Below are positions 32,033 to 44,938 of a stretch of DNA of 64,000 nucleotides, piece by piece (position 1 is the stretch's first letter; the number at the start of each line of letters is the position of its first letter). The notes beneath the pieces were generated by a model. That model was not told where the DNA came from, did not search any database, and worked only from the letters and a program-made list of their open reading frames with translations. Source of the stretch: an uncultured Chthonomonadaceae bacterium. Lineage in GTDB: Bacteria; Armatimonadota; Chthonomonadetes; Chthonomonadales; Chthonomonadaceae. Made by a program: the position numbers and the translations under genes. The stretch is from the NCBI GenBank assembly GCA_963835065.1, contig CAWIEK010000050.1, positions 96,001 through 160,000 of the forward strand, given 5' to 3'.

Positions 32033-33013
32033 ATGAACCGCCCACCCGCCGAATATACGCTGCTTCCCGCCGATGAATTGCGCTCCTTTATCGCGCAGGT
32101 GTTTACCCACGCGGCCATGCCTGCGGACAAGGCCGCTTTTCTCGCCGACCTGTTGGTTACAAACGACCTGCGCGGCGTTTTCAGTCACGGTACACAGCAG
32201 ACGACCCGCTACGTCGAACAATTTCAGGATGGCGAATTGACGCCCGCAGCCGAAATCACCACGCTTGTCGAATCCCCGACGATGCTGGTTCTGGACGGCG
32301 GCGGGGGCTTGGGCTATTTCCCCTGTCACCAGGCCACCACGCGCCTGATTGCCAAAGCGCAGGAGTCGGGCATTGCCGTAGCCACCACGCGCAATCATGG
32401 ACATTTCGGCGCGGCGGGCATTTACGCCCGCATCCCTCTGACCATGACCTATTTTGCTATGTCACGTCCGGCCACCAGTTGAACCTGCATTCGGGCGATT
32501 TCGTCATGTCGGCAGCCGGCGGCTCGCCAATGGCCTTCGGCATCCCCACCGGGAGTGAACCGCCTTTTGTTCTTGACTTCGGCGCAATCCACGATATGTA
32601 TCTGGGGCCGGAAGCGATGAAGCCGATACTGGAACTCGTGCCCAGTACCGTCCTGCGCAGTTTCGGGCTGGGATGCGCTTGCCAGGCGCTCGGCGGGCTG
32701 TTGTGCGGCGTTCCCATAGATGCGGAGCGGGCGCAGCGCCAATGGCCGGGCGCAAATCAAGGAAGTTTTATCATCGTCGTGGACATCGGCAAACTGTTTC
32801 CATTAGAACCAGTTCAAGCGGGAGATGGACGAGTACGCGCGCCGGGTGCGGCAACTGACGCCGTTTGCGGGCATCGAGCAGGCGCTTTTACCCGGCGCAA
32901 TCGAATGGGAACGGGAACAGCGAAGCATACAGGAGGGTATTCCCATCAGCCCGCGCCATGCGCAAGCCCTGCGCAAACTGGCATCGGAGTGCGGCCTCCC
33001 TGCCCCGCTTTAA
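32033..33013 (+). CDS. Ldh_2 family oxidoreductase, frameshifts near 32438 and 32809
   Basis: DLRGVFSHG, LDGGGGLG, RNHGHFGAAG, SPMAFGIP, LLPGAIEWE...GIPI. Confidence 0.85.
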
Positions 33014-33060
33014 GTAAGCTTCGAAGTGAGACCTTGTTAAGGAAACCTATAGGAAACAGA

Positions 33061-34311
33061 ATGGAAGAGGAAACGACAAGGCGGGAGTTTATGCAGGGGT
33101 GTTTGATGGCTCCGTTCGCCCTGTCGGCAATGGAAGCGGCGAACGCGCAGGAGGCTGCCCCTGTCCGGCGTCCGAAACTCGCGGTGATTTTGACGCAGTA
33201 CGGCGCGACAAGTCACGGCCTTTGCTACTGCACCAAGTTTCTGGAAGGCAAGCAGTTCGACGATCATTTTGAACCGGCGCGGTGCGATGTGGTGGCGATG
33301 CGCCTGATGGAAATCGCTGCCGACGATATTGGCGTGGCGACCGCGAAGAAGCATAACGTGCCGCTGTATCCCTCCGTAGCCACTGCGCTCTGTCAGGGCG
33401 GAGACACGCTGGCCGTGGATGGCGTCGTGATTATCGGGGAGCATGGCACGTATCCGCTCAATGCCAAAGGCCAGCAGTTGTACCCGCGCCGCGAATTGTT
33501 CGATCAGGTTATCAATGTGTTTCGGCAGTCCGGGCGCGTCGTGCCTGTCTTCAATGATAAACACATGAGCTGGAACTGGACATGGGCCAAATATATGTGG
33601 CGAACTATTCAGGAGATGCGTATTCCCTGGATGGCGGGAAGCAGTCTGCCGTTCTCCAAATTCGAGCCGCTTGTTCCCCTGCCGCATCGCGCAAAACTGG
33701 ATCACGTCATCGCAGTAGGCTACGGCGGGCTGGAATCGTATGGCTTTCATGCGCTGGAAACCGGGCAGCATATCGTGGAGTGTCGGGCGGGCGGCGAGGT
33801 GGGCGTGAAGAGCGTACAGGTTCTTTCCGGGACGGCGGTCTGGGAAGCGCACAGGGCGGGGCGGTGGCCGCAGGAAATTGCCGAAGCCGCTTTCGGGGCG
33901 GTGAAACAGCCGAGCGGCAAGGCGCAGGATTACGCCAATGATGTTCACGCTTTCGACATCGCGTACCGGGACGGCCAGCGCATGACCGTGCTGATGGTAA
34001 ACGGCTTCTCGCAGGAGTTCGCGTTCGCGTACCGCGTGAAGGGCAGGCCGGAAATCGTCGCCGCATCCTACCGTCTGGACGATCTGCCCCGCTTGAAGCA
34101 CTTTTCCGCCACCGTCCGCGCGCTGGAAGAGATGTACCTGTCGGGCAAGCCCACAGCGGCGTCCGGCGAACGAACGTATCTCACAACAGGCATTCTCGCG
34201 TATGGCATGGAAAGCCATTACAAAGGCGGCGTAACACTCGACACGCCCGACCTGAACATCGCCTACAAGCCCATGCCCGTACCTGCCCACTGGCAAGAGG
34301 TCATGCGGTAG
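33061..34311 (+). CDS. Tat-exported Rossmann-type oxidoreductase-like hypothetical protein
   Basis: TTRREFMQG; LAVDGVVIIGEHGTYP, VPVFNDKH, MAGSSLP, ESYGFHALE. Confidence 0.75.
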   Translation: MEEETTRREFMQGCLMAPFALSAMEAANAQEAAPVRRPKLAVILTQYGATSHGLCYCTKFLEGKQFDDHFEPARCDVVAMRLMEIAADDIGVATAKKHNVPLYPSVATALCQGGDTLAVDGVVIIGEHGTYPLNAKGQQLYPRRELFDQVINVFRQSGRVVPVFNDKHMSWNWTWAKYMWRTIQEMRIPWMAGSSLPFSKFEPLVPLPHRAKLDHVIAVGYGGLESYGFHALETGQHIVECRAGGEVGVKSVQVLSGTAVWEAHRAGRWPQEIAEAAFGAVKQPSGKAQDYANDVHAFDIAYRDGQRMTVLMVNGFSQEFAFAYRVKGRPEIVAASYRLDDLPRLKHFSATVRALEEMYLSGKPTAASGERTYLTTGILAYGMESHYKGGVTLDTPDLNIAYKPMPVPAHWQEVMR

Positions 34312-34363
34312 CAGAACAGAGTGCAAGTAAACTTCATCAAAGCTTCAATGAAGAGAGAAATCA

Positions 34364-35011
34364 ATGGTCAGCCCGGAACAATTTGTCACTCTCTGGCATA
34401 GAACAATATTTGCCGGACTGGATGCAGAGGAAGAGAATATCTGGCGTGTACCGCCGCTTGTTAGCTTTGACGAGACTGTCGTTGCCAGTTTACCACTTCC
34501 CGAAACAAGCCGACGTTTTCTTACTGAGGCGGGACTGCCAACACATGCGTTCAGTGGATGGCGCTTTGGTTATCCTTCCGACGCTATGCCGCCGCTTCCA
34601 CAAGCCATTGCAGGTTGGACGTACCCTGCTGACTATGCTCGCTATCGTATGTTAGGAGTAGATGAACAGCGAACGGACAGCAAAAAACCAAGTGGAATTT
34701 TTTATAGCGTTATCTGCCTTGATTTGGAAACAAATGGGCAGGTGGTCAATGTAATGACCCTTCCAGACTATCCGGTCAAGTTTCTCAACTCCAGCATATC
34801 GCAATTTGCGGAATTTATTCTGTTATGGAATCAGAAGATAGAATGGCGCACTGCTCACAAACTCAGGTGGGGGCTGGATGATTATGAGGTTTGGGAACAG
34901 GAGCGTGTTGCATACAATCTCAAAATGGCGGAGCAGATGCGCCGGATAGACCCACCTACATGGCAGGCCGGATTGCTGTGGTACGAACGCATAACAAACC
35001 CTTTAGGATGA
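34364..35011 (+). CDS. SUKH-4-like immunity protein
   Basis: LPETSRRFLTEAGLP, ICLDLETNGQV, FLNSSISQFAEFI, MRRIDP; AT-richer than its neighbours. Confidence 0.7.
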   Translation: MVSPEQFVTLWHRTIFAGLDAEEENIWRVPPLVSFDETVVASLPLPETSRRFLTEAGLPTHAFSGWRFGYPSDAMPPLPQAIAGWTYPADYARYRMLGVDEQRTDSKKPSGIFYSVICLDLETNGQVVNVMTLPDYPVKFLNSSISQFAEFILLWNQKIEWRTAHKLRWGLDDYEVWEQERVAYNLKMAEQMRRIDPPTWQAGLLWYERITNPLG

Positions 35012-35962
35012 ATACCATAGAGGTTTCCGGTATAGATAGTGCGCGGCGGCAGTGTGCAGGTCGGTGTCGGAGGCGTGTTGGAAACGCCGCGCCAGTTGTG
35101 CCCGCGTAATGCCCGCCTGCCCCTCCGTCACCCTGTCATCGGGAACGTACTGCTGCGCAGGCAGGATCATGCGCCGCACTGCCACGCGCTCAAAGCCTGC
35201 CGCTTCCAAAAGCGCCATGATTTCCCCCGGCAGCAGGCGATTGTGGTACGTCAGCGGGTGTCCATACGCGAAGTTATAGACAGATTCCGGCAGGGCGAGA
35301 TGCGCGAGAAACCGGCGGCCCTTATCCGCATGGTACAAATGGTCGCGATGATCCAGAACATGCGACGCGATGCCGCCCGGACGCAGGACGCGGTGACACT
35401 CCGCGAAGAAGGCCGCGAGAGCGTCGGGAGTGTAGTGTTCCAGTGCGCCGCCCGAATGACATAAATCGTAGGAAGCATCCGGTAAAGGGACGGAAGGAGG
35501 CGCGTTTAGGGCGAGCGATGTTCCCTGCACAGCCGTCAGGACATTGGCGACGCTTGTTTCCCACCGCAGCGCTTCCACCGCGTCACGGCGTTGGGCGGTT
35601 ACGAGATGGGGCGGCAGTTCCGTTTGCAGCGCGCCGTTCACGGCCCGCGCTAAATAGCGATCCAATAGACGAGCCTGAGAATTGGTAACAGTGCCCCCCT
35701 TGCCCGTCGTGAGATAGTTCATCAGCAGGGCGAACGGCGTCCAGCCCGCCTCATGTACCCACACATCCAGTCCCTCCATGTTCAGGCGACACGCTTCCCC
35801 CGTCCACACGCGCACATAGCCGGGCCAGACACGGCGCAGCTTATCCACATGCCCGCCCTGTGTGCCCAGCGTGCTGCGGGTCAGTTCGCGGTAAAAGCGC
35901 GCGCCACCCGGCATCCGCCCGAACCCGAACAGCATTGCGGCCTTAACACTCGCGCGCAGCAT
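35003..35962 (-). CDS. Class I SAM-dependent methyltransferase-like protein
   Basis: PLPDASYDLCHSGGALEH...ECHRVLRPGG...DHRDH; degenerate motif I. Confidence 0.75.
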   Translation of the reverse strand: MLRASVKAAMLFGFGRMPGGARFYRELTRSTLGTQGGHVDKLRRVWPGYVRVWTGEACRLNMEGLDVWVHEAGWTPFALLMNYLTTGKGGTVTNSQARLLDRYLARAVNGALQTELPPHLVTAQRRDAVEALRWETSVANVLTAVQGTSLALNAPPSVPLPDASYDLCHSGGALEHYTPDALAAFFAECHRVLRPGGIASHVLDHRDHLYHADKGRRFLAHLALPESVYNFAYGHPLTYHNRLLPGEIMALLEAAGFERVAVRRMILPAQQYVPDDRVTEGQAGITRAQLARRFQHASDTDLHTAAAHYLYRKPLWYSS

Positions 35963-35970
35963 GGTTCCCC

Positions 35971-36783
35971 CTACTCCTCGTCCGGCATCGCGTACAAGAT
36001 TCGCCCCCGGTTCCGCGCCACTTCCTGATCCAGCAAAAGGCTGCCATCCGCGCGCAGGAACCGCCGCCGAATGTGGTTCTCGCGGTACCAGTCGCCTTCC
36101 CGCTGATAGCGGCGATGGTGAGTCTCGTAAATTTCCGCCGTCCAGCCGGGGTCGGCCTCCGTCCAGACTTCCCCGGTCAGAAACGTCTCGTCTACGCGGA
36201 AGCGCAGCAGTACCGGATGGGGAAGGGGATTCACGAAGCGCAGGTCGGCGTAGTTGTAAAACACGGTCGCGCCGCATCCGAAGGGAACCGTGCGCCCATG
36301 ATCGGGAAACAGATCAACGCCGTGCCGAAATCGCTCCGTGACCGTCATGCCACTGCGGAGGGCGAGCAGATAAAGCATGTTGGAAACCATACAGCACCCG
36401 CCCCCGATGCCCTGTGACAGTTTCCCGTCGTGCAGTTCCAGGCCGGGGCGGAACCCCCGCAGGCGCATGGGACGCCCGACGGTACGATGGTAGGAGAAAA
36501 TTTCGTGCGGGCGGAGTAGCAGGCCGTCAATGCGCCGGGTGGCAACGGTCACATTGCGCTCCTTGCCGGCCTGCAAGCGCGGCGGCGCTTCACCGGGCGT
36601 GCGGTTGAGGGGCGAGCGGTGACACGCCAGCAGAAACCCGAACGACTGCGTTTGCGCCGGAGGCAATCGTGTCCGCGCAATGGAGGGGGTTTCCACAATC
36701 CAGGCAGGCAGTCGTTTCAGGCGCAGCAACTCCACGCGCAACGGACGCGGAAGCAGGAGACGCGCAGCGGAGCGCAGGTTCAT
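35971..36783 (-). CDS. VanW family protein
   Basis: LLRPHEIFSY, GIGGGCCMVSNMLY, ERFRHGVDLFPD, GATVFYNYADLRFVN. Confidence 0.88.
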   Translation of the reverse strand: MNLRSAARLLLPRPLRVELLRLKRLPAWIVETPSIARTRLPPAQTQSFGFLLACHRSPLNRTPGEAPPRLQAGKERNVTVATRRIDGLLLRPHEIFSYHRTVGRPMRLRGFRPGLELHDGKLSQGIGGGCCMVSNMLYLLALRSGMTVTERFRHGVDLFPDHGRTVPFGCGATVFYNYADLRFVNPLPHPVLLRFRVDETFLTGEVWTEADPGWTAEIYETHHRRYQREGDWYRENHIRRRFLRADGSLLLDQEVARNRGRILYAMPDEE

Positions 36784-36864
36784 AGCAATTCTTTCCACAC
36801 GCAGCAAGGAACAGGGCTGTACAGAGTATTCGCCATGCCGCAAGGGATTCCTGCTTTCACTCCG

Positions 36865-37083
36865 ATGAAGCATTTTTCCGCCACTGTCCGCGCGCTGGAA
36901 GAGATGTATCTTGCCGGCAGGCCGACGGCGGCCTCCAGCGAACGAACGTATCTGACAACGGGCATTCTCGCGTATGGCATGGAAAGCCATTACAAAGGGG
37001 GCGTAAATCTCGACACGCCCGACTTGAACATCGCGTACAAGTCCATGCCCGTACCTGCCCACTGGCAAGAGGTCATGCGATAA
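36865..37083 (+). pseudogene. Diverged duplicate of the last 72 codons plus stop of the 33061-34311 gene
   Basis: Ungapped match to 34093-34311; about 22 differences in 219 nt by hand count, mostly synonymous. Confidence 0.92.
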
Positions 37084-37155
37084 CGGAATAGGAATACAGG
37101 AGAAAGCCACCAGAATCTTGATGAGGAGAAATCAATATCTCGCTATGAACTTCCC

Positions 37156-37752
37156 TTACCCTCCAAAAGAGCCTTCAAAGGCGAGTTGGGTCAGCGGCAG
37201 ACGCGCGCTCGCATGCTCCCGTGCCTGTAGCGCCTCCGGCAGTTCAGACGGATCGCCAAGACGCCCAACGGTATACGCAGCCTCAACCGTGTAGCCTTCC
37301 GGCACGTTGAGTTCAGCGAGGGCGCGATCTCTGTCAAAACCGACCATACCGTGAGTGAACCAACCCATTTTGTAGGCTTGAAGGGCAAAATAGCCGGACG
37401 CGGTGCCTGCATCGAAGGAGTGGGTGGGCGAAGGCACGTCCTTATCCGCTCCTGGTGGTCGCATCAATGAGTTGGAAACCAGGATGACGAGCGCGGACGC
37501 ATTCTTCGCCCAACTTCGATTATAGGGTACGAGCAGGCCAAGGAACTTGTCCCAGCACGGCGTGTCACGCCGCGCGTAAATGAAGCGCCACGGCTGTGAA
37601 TTGTAAGAAGACGCGGCCCATCTTGCGGCCTCAAGCATGGTCAGCAGATCCGTCTCGCTAATCGCCTCGCCAGTAAAGGCGCGGGGCGACCAGCGCTCCA
37701 GAAACATCGGTTCTATAGGATAGTCGGCGGTTCGGCCGTTAGCGGTAGTCAT
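37156..37752 (-). CDS. Nitroreductase family protein
   Basis: ERWSPRAF, AARWAASSYNSQPWRF, SFDAG, HGMVGFD. Confidence 0.92.
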   Translation of the reverse strand: MTTANGRTADYPIEPMFLERWSPRAFTGEAISETDLLTMLEAARWAASSYNSQPWRFIYARRDTPCWDKFLGLLVPYNRSWAKNASALVILVSNSLMRPPGADKDVPSPTHSFDAGTASGYFALQAYKMGWFTHGMVGFDRDRALAELNVPEGYTVEAAYTVGRLGDPSELPEALQAREHASARLPLTQLAFEGSFGG

Positions 37753-37870
37753 CTGAGTTCTCCCTGAGTTTGCCCTCCGGCGCGGATTTTGAGTCAGCAC
37801 GATTTTTATCAGCGTCTCGATGATCATCATAGATCACCTGCGTGAGGCGTTGATCTGCGGTGGCGGCACA

Positions 37871-37950
37871 CTCTAAGTAGCCCGTTGGTGTAAGTTCGTA
37901 GATTTTTGAGATTGAATTTCTACGAAGTTCGACCTTCGGGCTACTTAGAG
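37871..37950. mobile_element. MITE-like element 1
   Basis: Perfect 14-bp inverted repeat CTCTAAGTAGCCCG/CGGGCTACTTAGAG; internal TTCGTAGA/TCTACGAA. Confidence 0.55.
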
Positions 37951-38041
37951 CCTATCCCGATAGGGCTTGTCCTTGCGTCCGTAGGACGCTTGCACTTTCC
38001 TGCCGGGTATTTGCAATACCCGGCCAATTGGGATAGGCTCT
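37947..38041. mobile_element. MITE-like element 2
   Basis: 12-bp inverted repeat AGAGCCTATCCC/GGGATAGGCTCT with TTA at both ends; two internal hairpins. Confidence 0.55.
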
Positions 38042-38463
38042 TAGTGCGATTGTGCAGCTAAGACTACGGCGACGATAAGAAGAAGGCAAAGAACGTAGCC
38101 CAGAAGCTGCTGCGGACTGAAACCGAGCGGGCGCGGCGTAAAATCCTTAAATTCGGGATCGTACCAGGCGGTGCCGGGGAAAATCGTCGAAAACGCCATC
38201 GCAATCCAGTACATCCCTGCGACAGCAACAGCGATAAGGAACAGCGGGAATGTAAGCGGCCGTGATCCGAAGAGGATGACGAGTGACAACGTACCGCCCA
38301 GGATGCCCATCAGCATGGTTTGGCCGTTGTGAAACTTAGCGTGGGGCGGCCAAGCCGGATTCCAAAGGTGCTGCCTCGCCGTGGACGGTATGACGGCATC
38401 GAAGACGAACCCGCCGAAGCCGTACACAGCAACGAATGCGACAATCCATTTTGCGATTTCCAT
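38041..38463 (-). CDS. DUF6640-like membrane protein
   Basis: HLWNPAWPPHAKFHNGQTM and four hydrophobic segments. Confidence 0.75.
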   Translation of the reverse strand: MEIAKWIVAFVAVYGFGGFVFDAVIPSTARQHLWNPAWPPHAKFHNGQTMLMGILGGTLSLVILFGSRPLTFPLFLIAVAVAGMYWIAMAFSTIFPGTAWYDPEFKDFTPRPLGFSPQQLLGYVLCLLLIVAVVLAAQSH

Positions 38464-38883
38464 GACGAACCCTTTCCCTAATGTGACACGCAGCTCAAAG
38501 CCTGCTCGCTTCAGTAAACAGCGGTTTGCGAGTAATTCTGAGTGGCGTAAGCCTATTGCGCGCCGGAAAAGGAACTTACGCTGTTGTCGGCGACTTTGGC
38601 CGAACTCACGTAGGTTAGTCGTTGGAGGCAATGCAGAAGGGGTTTGTCTCTTCCGCAGTCGTAAAAAGAAGCCCTCCCAACGACGCCCGGGCGCAAATAC
38701 GCCTTTGGTGACATCGTCGTGGGCCCTGATGCGGAAGCATCGAGCAGAACTCCTGCCGGGGAGACGGGAGTGATCGGACTACCTTACCGATCCGTCGTTT
38801 TCGACATTATGATAATACCACATCACTGCTGCGGTTGTCAAGATATTTATCGATTTGAACTCAAGTGAGCAACGTGTATGGGG

Positions 38884-40188
38884 TTACAACCCACGCGCCG
38901 CGCGAATGTCCTTTTGCGCGGTGAAAACGGCGGCGGTGTAGAGAATTGCGGCTACGCCGACATAGATGAGGGCGGTGGAAGAAATCGCCGCGCTCATGGT
39001 AATGTGGTGGTCTACCGCTACGCCGATTGCCAGCGAACCCAGCCCCGCGCCCATCCAGCCGACCAGATTCATCAATCCGGTGGCCGTGCCGCGCCGTATC
39101 GGGGTAATCACGTCGTAATAAGCGGCGGTGAGGTTGGAATCGTACACGCCCTTGCACAATCCGAACAGGGTCATGGCGACAATTAATATACGGGGGCTTT
39201 GGGTATAGCCGCACAGGAAGATGAACGGCGCTCCGAGCAGAGCCGCAAGCGCCTGTACGCGTATACGCCCGTCAAGCCGCCATACTGCCCACCTGTCTGC
39301 CAGGACGCCGCCGAGCAGCGACCCGGCAATACTCGCCATCTGAATAAAGAACGTCGCGCCCAACCCCGCAGCCGCCAGAGTCAGCCCGAACTTTTCTTTG
39401 AGGAACGTGGGCATCCAGGTCAGGAAGACCAGCCCCACCATGTTCGCGCCAAAATACGCGGCAACCAACAAAATGGCGGTGGGAGTGCGGGACAACTCCA
39501 TCAGAAACGCGGGCATGGAGATTGGTTCCGGTTCGGGTTCCGGCTGTTCCCCACTTGCGCCGCGTTCCTCCCGTTCCGCCTGATTGCGCATCGGCTCCCG
39601 GATGAAAACGCGCAAGATAATGCCCAGGCTAATTCCCGCAACGGCGAGACACCAAAACGGCGACTGCCATCCGTAGCGCTGCCCCATCCATCCCGCTAAG
39701 GCGCTCCCGCCAATGGTTCCGGCAAAAATGCTCGTCTGGTGCAGGCCGATAGCCCGTGAGCGCGTGGCAGGCGTATGGTAGTCGCTGATAATCGCCATCG
39801 AAGCCGGAAAATAAAACGCTTCGCCCAGCCCCTCCGCGCCCCTGACCAGCACGAATTGCCACACGAGGCGGCATTGCGCGGTCAGTCCCGTAATCAGGCT
39901 CCACACCCAAAGCCCGCCTAAAATAACCCACTTGCGCGGGTAACGATCCCCGATATGCCCGGCAAACGGCGAGGCCAGCGCGTACACCCACGTAAAGGCC
40001 GCGCCAATCCAGCCGAGTTGGGTTTTCGTGAGATGGTATTGCTTTTCAAGCAGGGGAAAAACGGAGAAGATCGCCAGACGGTCAGCATAGTTGAAAAAGC
40101 AGATGAACCAGAGCATCCAAACGAGCGCCCACCGATAAGCCGCAGTGGAGGAGGGGGGCGCTTCCGTTATCGTGGCGGGTTCAGGCAT
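38884..40188 (-). CDS. MFS transporter
   Basis: NYADR, GHIGDRYPRK, RGAEGLGEAFYFPA, GVLADRW. Confidence 0.9.
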   Translation of the reverse strand: MPEPATITEAPPSSTAAYRWALVWMLWFICFFNYADRLAIFSVFPLLEKQYHLTKTQLGWIGAAFTWVYALASPFAGHIGDRYPRKWVILGGLWVWSLITGLTAQCRLVWQFVLVRGAEGLGEAFYFPASMAIISDYHTPATRSRAIGLHQTSIFAGTIGGSALAGWMGQRYGWQSPFWCLAVAGISLGIILRVFIREPMRNQAEREERGASGEQPEPEPEPISMPAFLMELSRTPTAILLVAAYFGANMVGLVFLTWMPTFLKEKFGLTLAAAGLGATFFIQMASIAGSLLGGVLADRWAVWRLDGRIRVQALAALLGAPFIFLCGYTQSPRILIVAMTLFGLCKGVYDSNLTAAYYDVITPIRRGTATGLMNLVGWMGAGLGSLAIGVAVDHHITMSAAISSTALIYVGVAAILYTAAVFTAQKDIRAARGL

Positions 40189-40208
40189 CTCGTTTCACTT
40201 GAAAGTTC

Positions 40209-41669
40209 CTACGCTAGAATACCGTTGATGATTTCGCCATGCACGTCGGTGAGGCGGAAATCGCGCCCGCTGTAGCGGTACGTCAGTTTGGTGTGATCCA
40301 GGCCCATCAGGTGCAGAATGGTGGCGTGTAAATCGTGGACGTGAACGCGGTTTTCAATGGCTTTGTAGCCGAACTCGTCTGTGGAACCATACGCCATGCC
40401 ACCCTTCACGCCGCCGCCCGCCATCCACATCGAAAAGCCCAGGCTGTGGTGGTCGCGCCCCTTGCCCTGCGAAGTCGGGGTGCGCCCGAATTCGCCGCCC
40501 CAAATGACAAGGGTATCCTCCAGCATCCCCCGCGCTTTCAGGTCTTTGAGCAGGGCGGCAATGGGCTTGTCGCTTTTGCGGGCATGGTCGCGATGGTTTT
40601 CTATGTCACCGTGATCGTCCCAGGGCTGCCCGTCGCCGTAATAAATCTGCGTGATGCGGACGCCGCGCTCCGCAAGCCGACGGGCCATCAGGCAGGCGTT
40701 GGCGAACTCCCCGTCACCGTACATTTTGCGCGTCGCTTCCGATTCCCTGCTGATGTCGAAAGCGTCCTGCGCTTCGGACTGCATCCGGTACGCCAGTTCC
40801 AGGCTCGTGATACGCGCTTCCAATTGCGGGTCATGGTCGTGCCGGCTGAGATGCATTCCGTTCATCTGCTGCAATAAATCGAGTTGTCCGCGCTGGTCGG
40901 AGGGGGACAGATAGCGGTTTTCCACGTTGCGCAGAATTTTCTTCGGGTCGGTTTCGCGGTTGTTGATGTGCGTTCCCTGATACACGCCGGGCAGGAAACT
41001 GTTGCTCCACAACTGCGGCCCAACAACGGGCTTGCCGGGACACAGGGCGACAAAACCGGGCAAGTCCTGATTGAGCGTACCCAGGCCATACGTAATCCAC
41101 GAGCCAAGTGAGGGGCGAATCGGCTGCATGTTGCCGGAATTCATCATCAGCAGGGCAGGTTCGTGGTTCGGGTTATCTGTCCACATTGAGCGCAGGATAC
41201 AAATATCATCTATGCAGCTGCCCACTTCGGGATACAGTTCCGTGACTTCCAGGCCGCTCTTGCCGTACCGCGCCGATTTGAACGGCGACGCCATCAGCGA
41301 ACCGGGATTCTTTTTGTCGCCGATTTTGATAGCGTCCGGCGACTGCCCCGCATATTTCGCCAGCGAGGGCTTGGGATCGAACGTATCCACGTGCGACGGC
41401 CCGCCGTTCATAAACAGAAAAATAACCCGTTTGGCGCGGGCAGGAAAATGGGAAGGCCGGGGCGTCAGGCTGTAACTTCTCCCATGCGCGACAGCAGGAG
41501 CCACAGCATTCACAACCGGCGCGGCCAATGCTTCCGCCGACAAAATACTGTTCAGCGCCAACGCGCCAAACCCGCCGCCGATCTTACACAGCATTTCCCG
41601 CCGTGAAGGCAGGGCGGAAGGAGCAGAAGCGGCTTCATACAAGTTATCGTCAGAGTGATTGTCGGGCAT
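40209..41669 (-). CDS. DUF1501 domain protein (Tat signal)
   Basis: SRREML, RVIFLFMNGGPSHVDTFDPKP, GGEFGRTP, HVHDLHATILH. Confidence 0.92.
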   Translation of the reverse strand: MPDNHSDDNLYEAASAPSALPSRREMLCKIGGGFGALALNSILSAEALAAPVVNAVAPAVAHGRSYSLTPRPSHFPARAKRVIFLFMNGGPSHVDTFDPKPSLAKYAGQSPDAIKIGDKKNPGSLMASPFKSARYGKSGLEVTELYPEVGSCIDDICILRSMWTDNPNHEPALLMMNSGNMQPIRPSLGSWITYGLGTLNQDLPGFVALCPGKPVVGPQLWSNSFLPGVYQGTHINNRETDPKKILRNVENRYLSPSDQRGQLDLLQQMNGMHLSRHDHDPQLEARITSLELAYRMQSEAQDAFDISRESEATRKMYGDGEFANACLMARRLAERGVRITQIYYGDGQPWDDHGDIENHRDHARKSDKPIAALLKDLKARGMLEDTLVIWGGEFGRTPTSQGKGRDHHSLGFSMWMAGGGVKGGMAYGSTDEFGYKAIENRVHVHDLHATILHLMGLDHTKLTYRYSGRDFRLTDVHGEIINGILA

Positions 41670-41697
41670 TGGGTTGTGTCTCGTTTCAGAGAAGTAG

Positions 41698-41832
41698 TCT
41701 TGAACCATGATTGAGGACGCGCGTTTGTCTATCTGAACCATGATTTTTCATGATTTATGTGATTACTTATGATTGAAGAGGCGCGTTCCTCATGGCAATC
41801 ATAATAATCCTGAAAATCCGGGTTCAAGACAA
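41698..41832. repeat. Inverted 9-bp-period repeat element
   Basis: TCTTGAACCATGATT and TCTGAACCATGATTTTTCATGATTTATGTGATT versus AATCATAATAATCCTGAAAATCCGGGTTCAAGACAA. Confidence 0.7.
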
Positions 41833-41834
41833 CT

Positions 41835-44801
<2,967 letters not shown>

Positions 44802-44938
44802 GACACCGCTTTCATAGTTCACAGCGATAAAGACGCCGGATAACATTACAGATTAAAAGGCTGGAAGAGCAACGTGACTTGCAGGTTTAGAGAGGAAGGG
44901 TTTGGAAAAGTTGCAGGCGATTTCACCCTTGCTTTTAT

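Noticed and set aside
32479..34311. 610-aa fusion ORF in the track
   Set aside because: Created by a frameshift in the Ldh_2 gene; the downstream gene has its own start and Tat signal at 33061.
35971..36783. Vancomycin resistance locus
   Set aside because: VanW-family domain alone, without vanHAX or vanRS.
34093..37083. Diversity-generating retroelement TR/VR pair
   Set aside because: Differences are mostly synonymous and not adenine-specific; no reverse transcriptase or Avd gene in the window.
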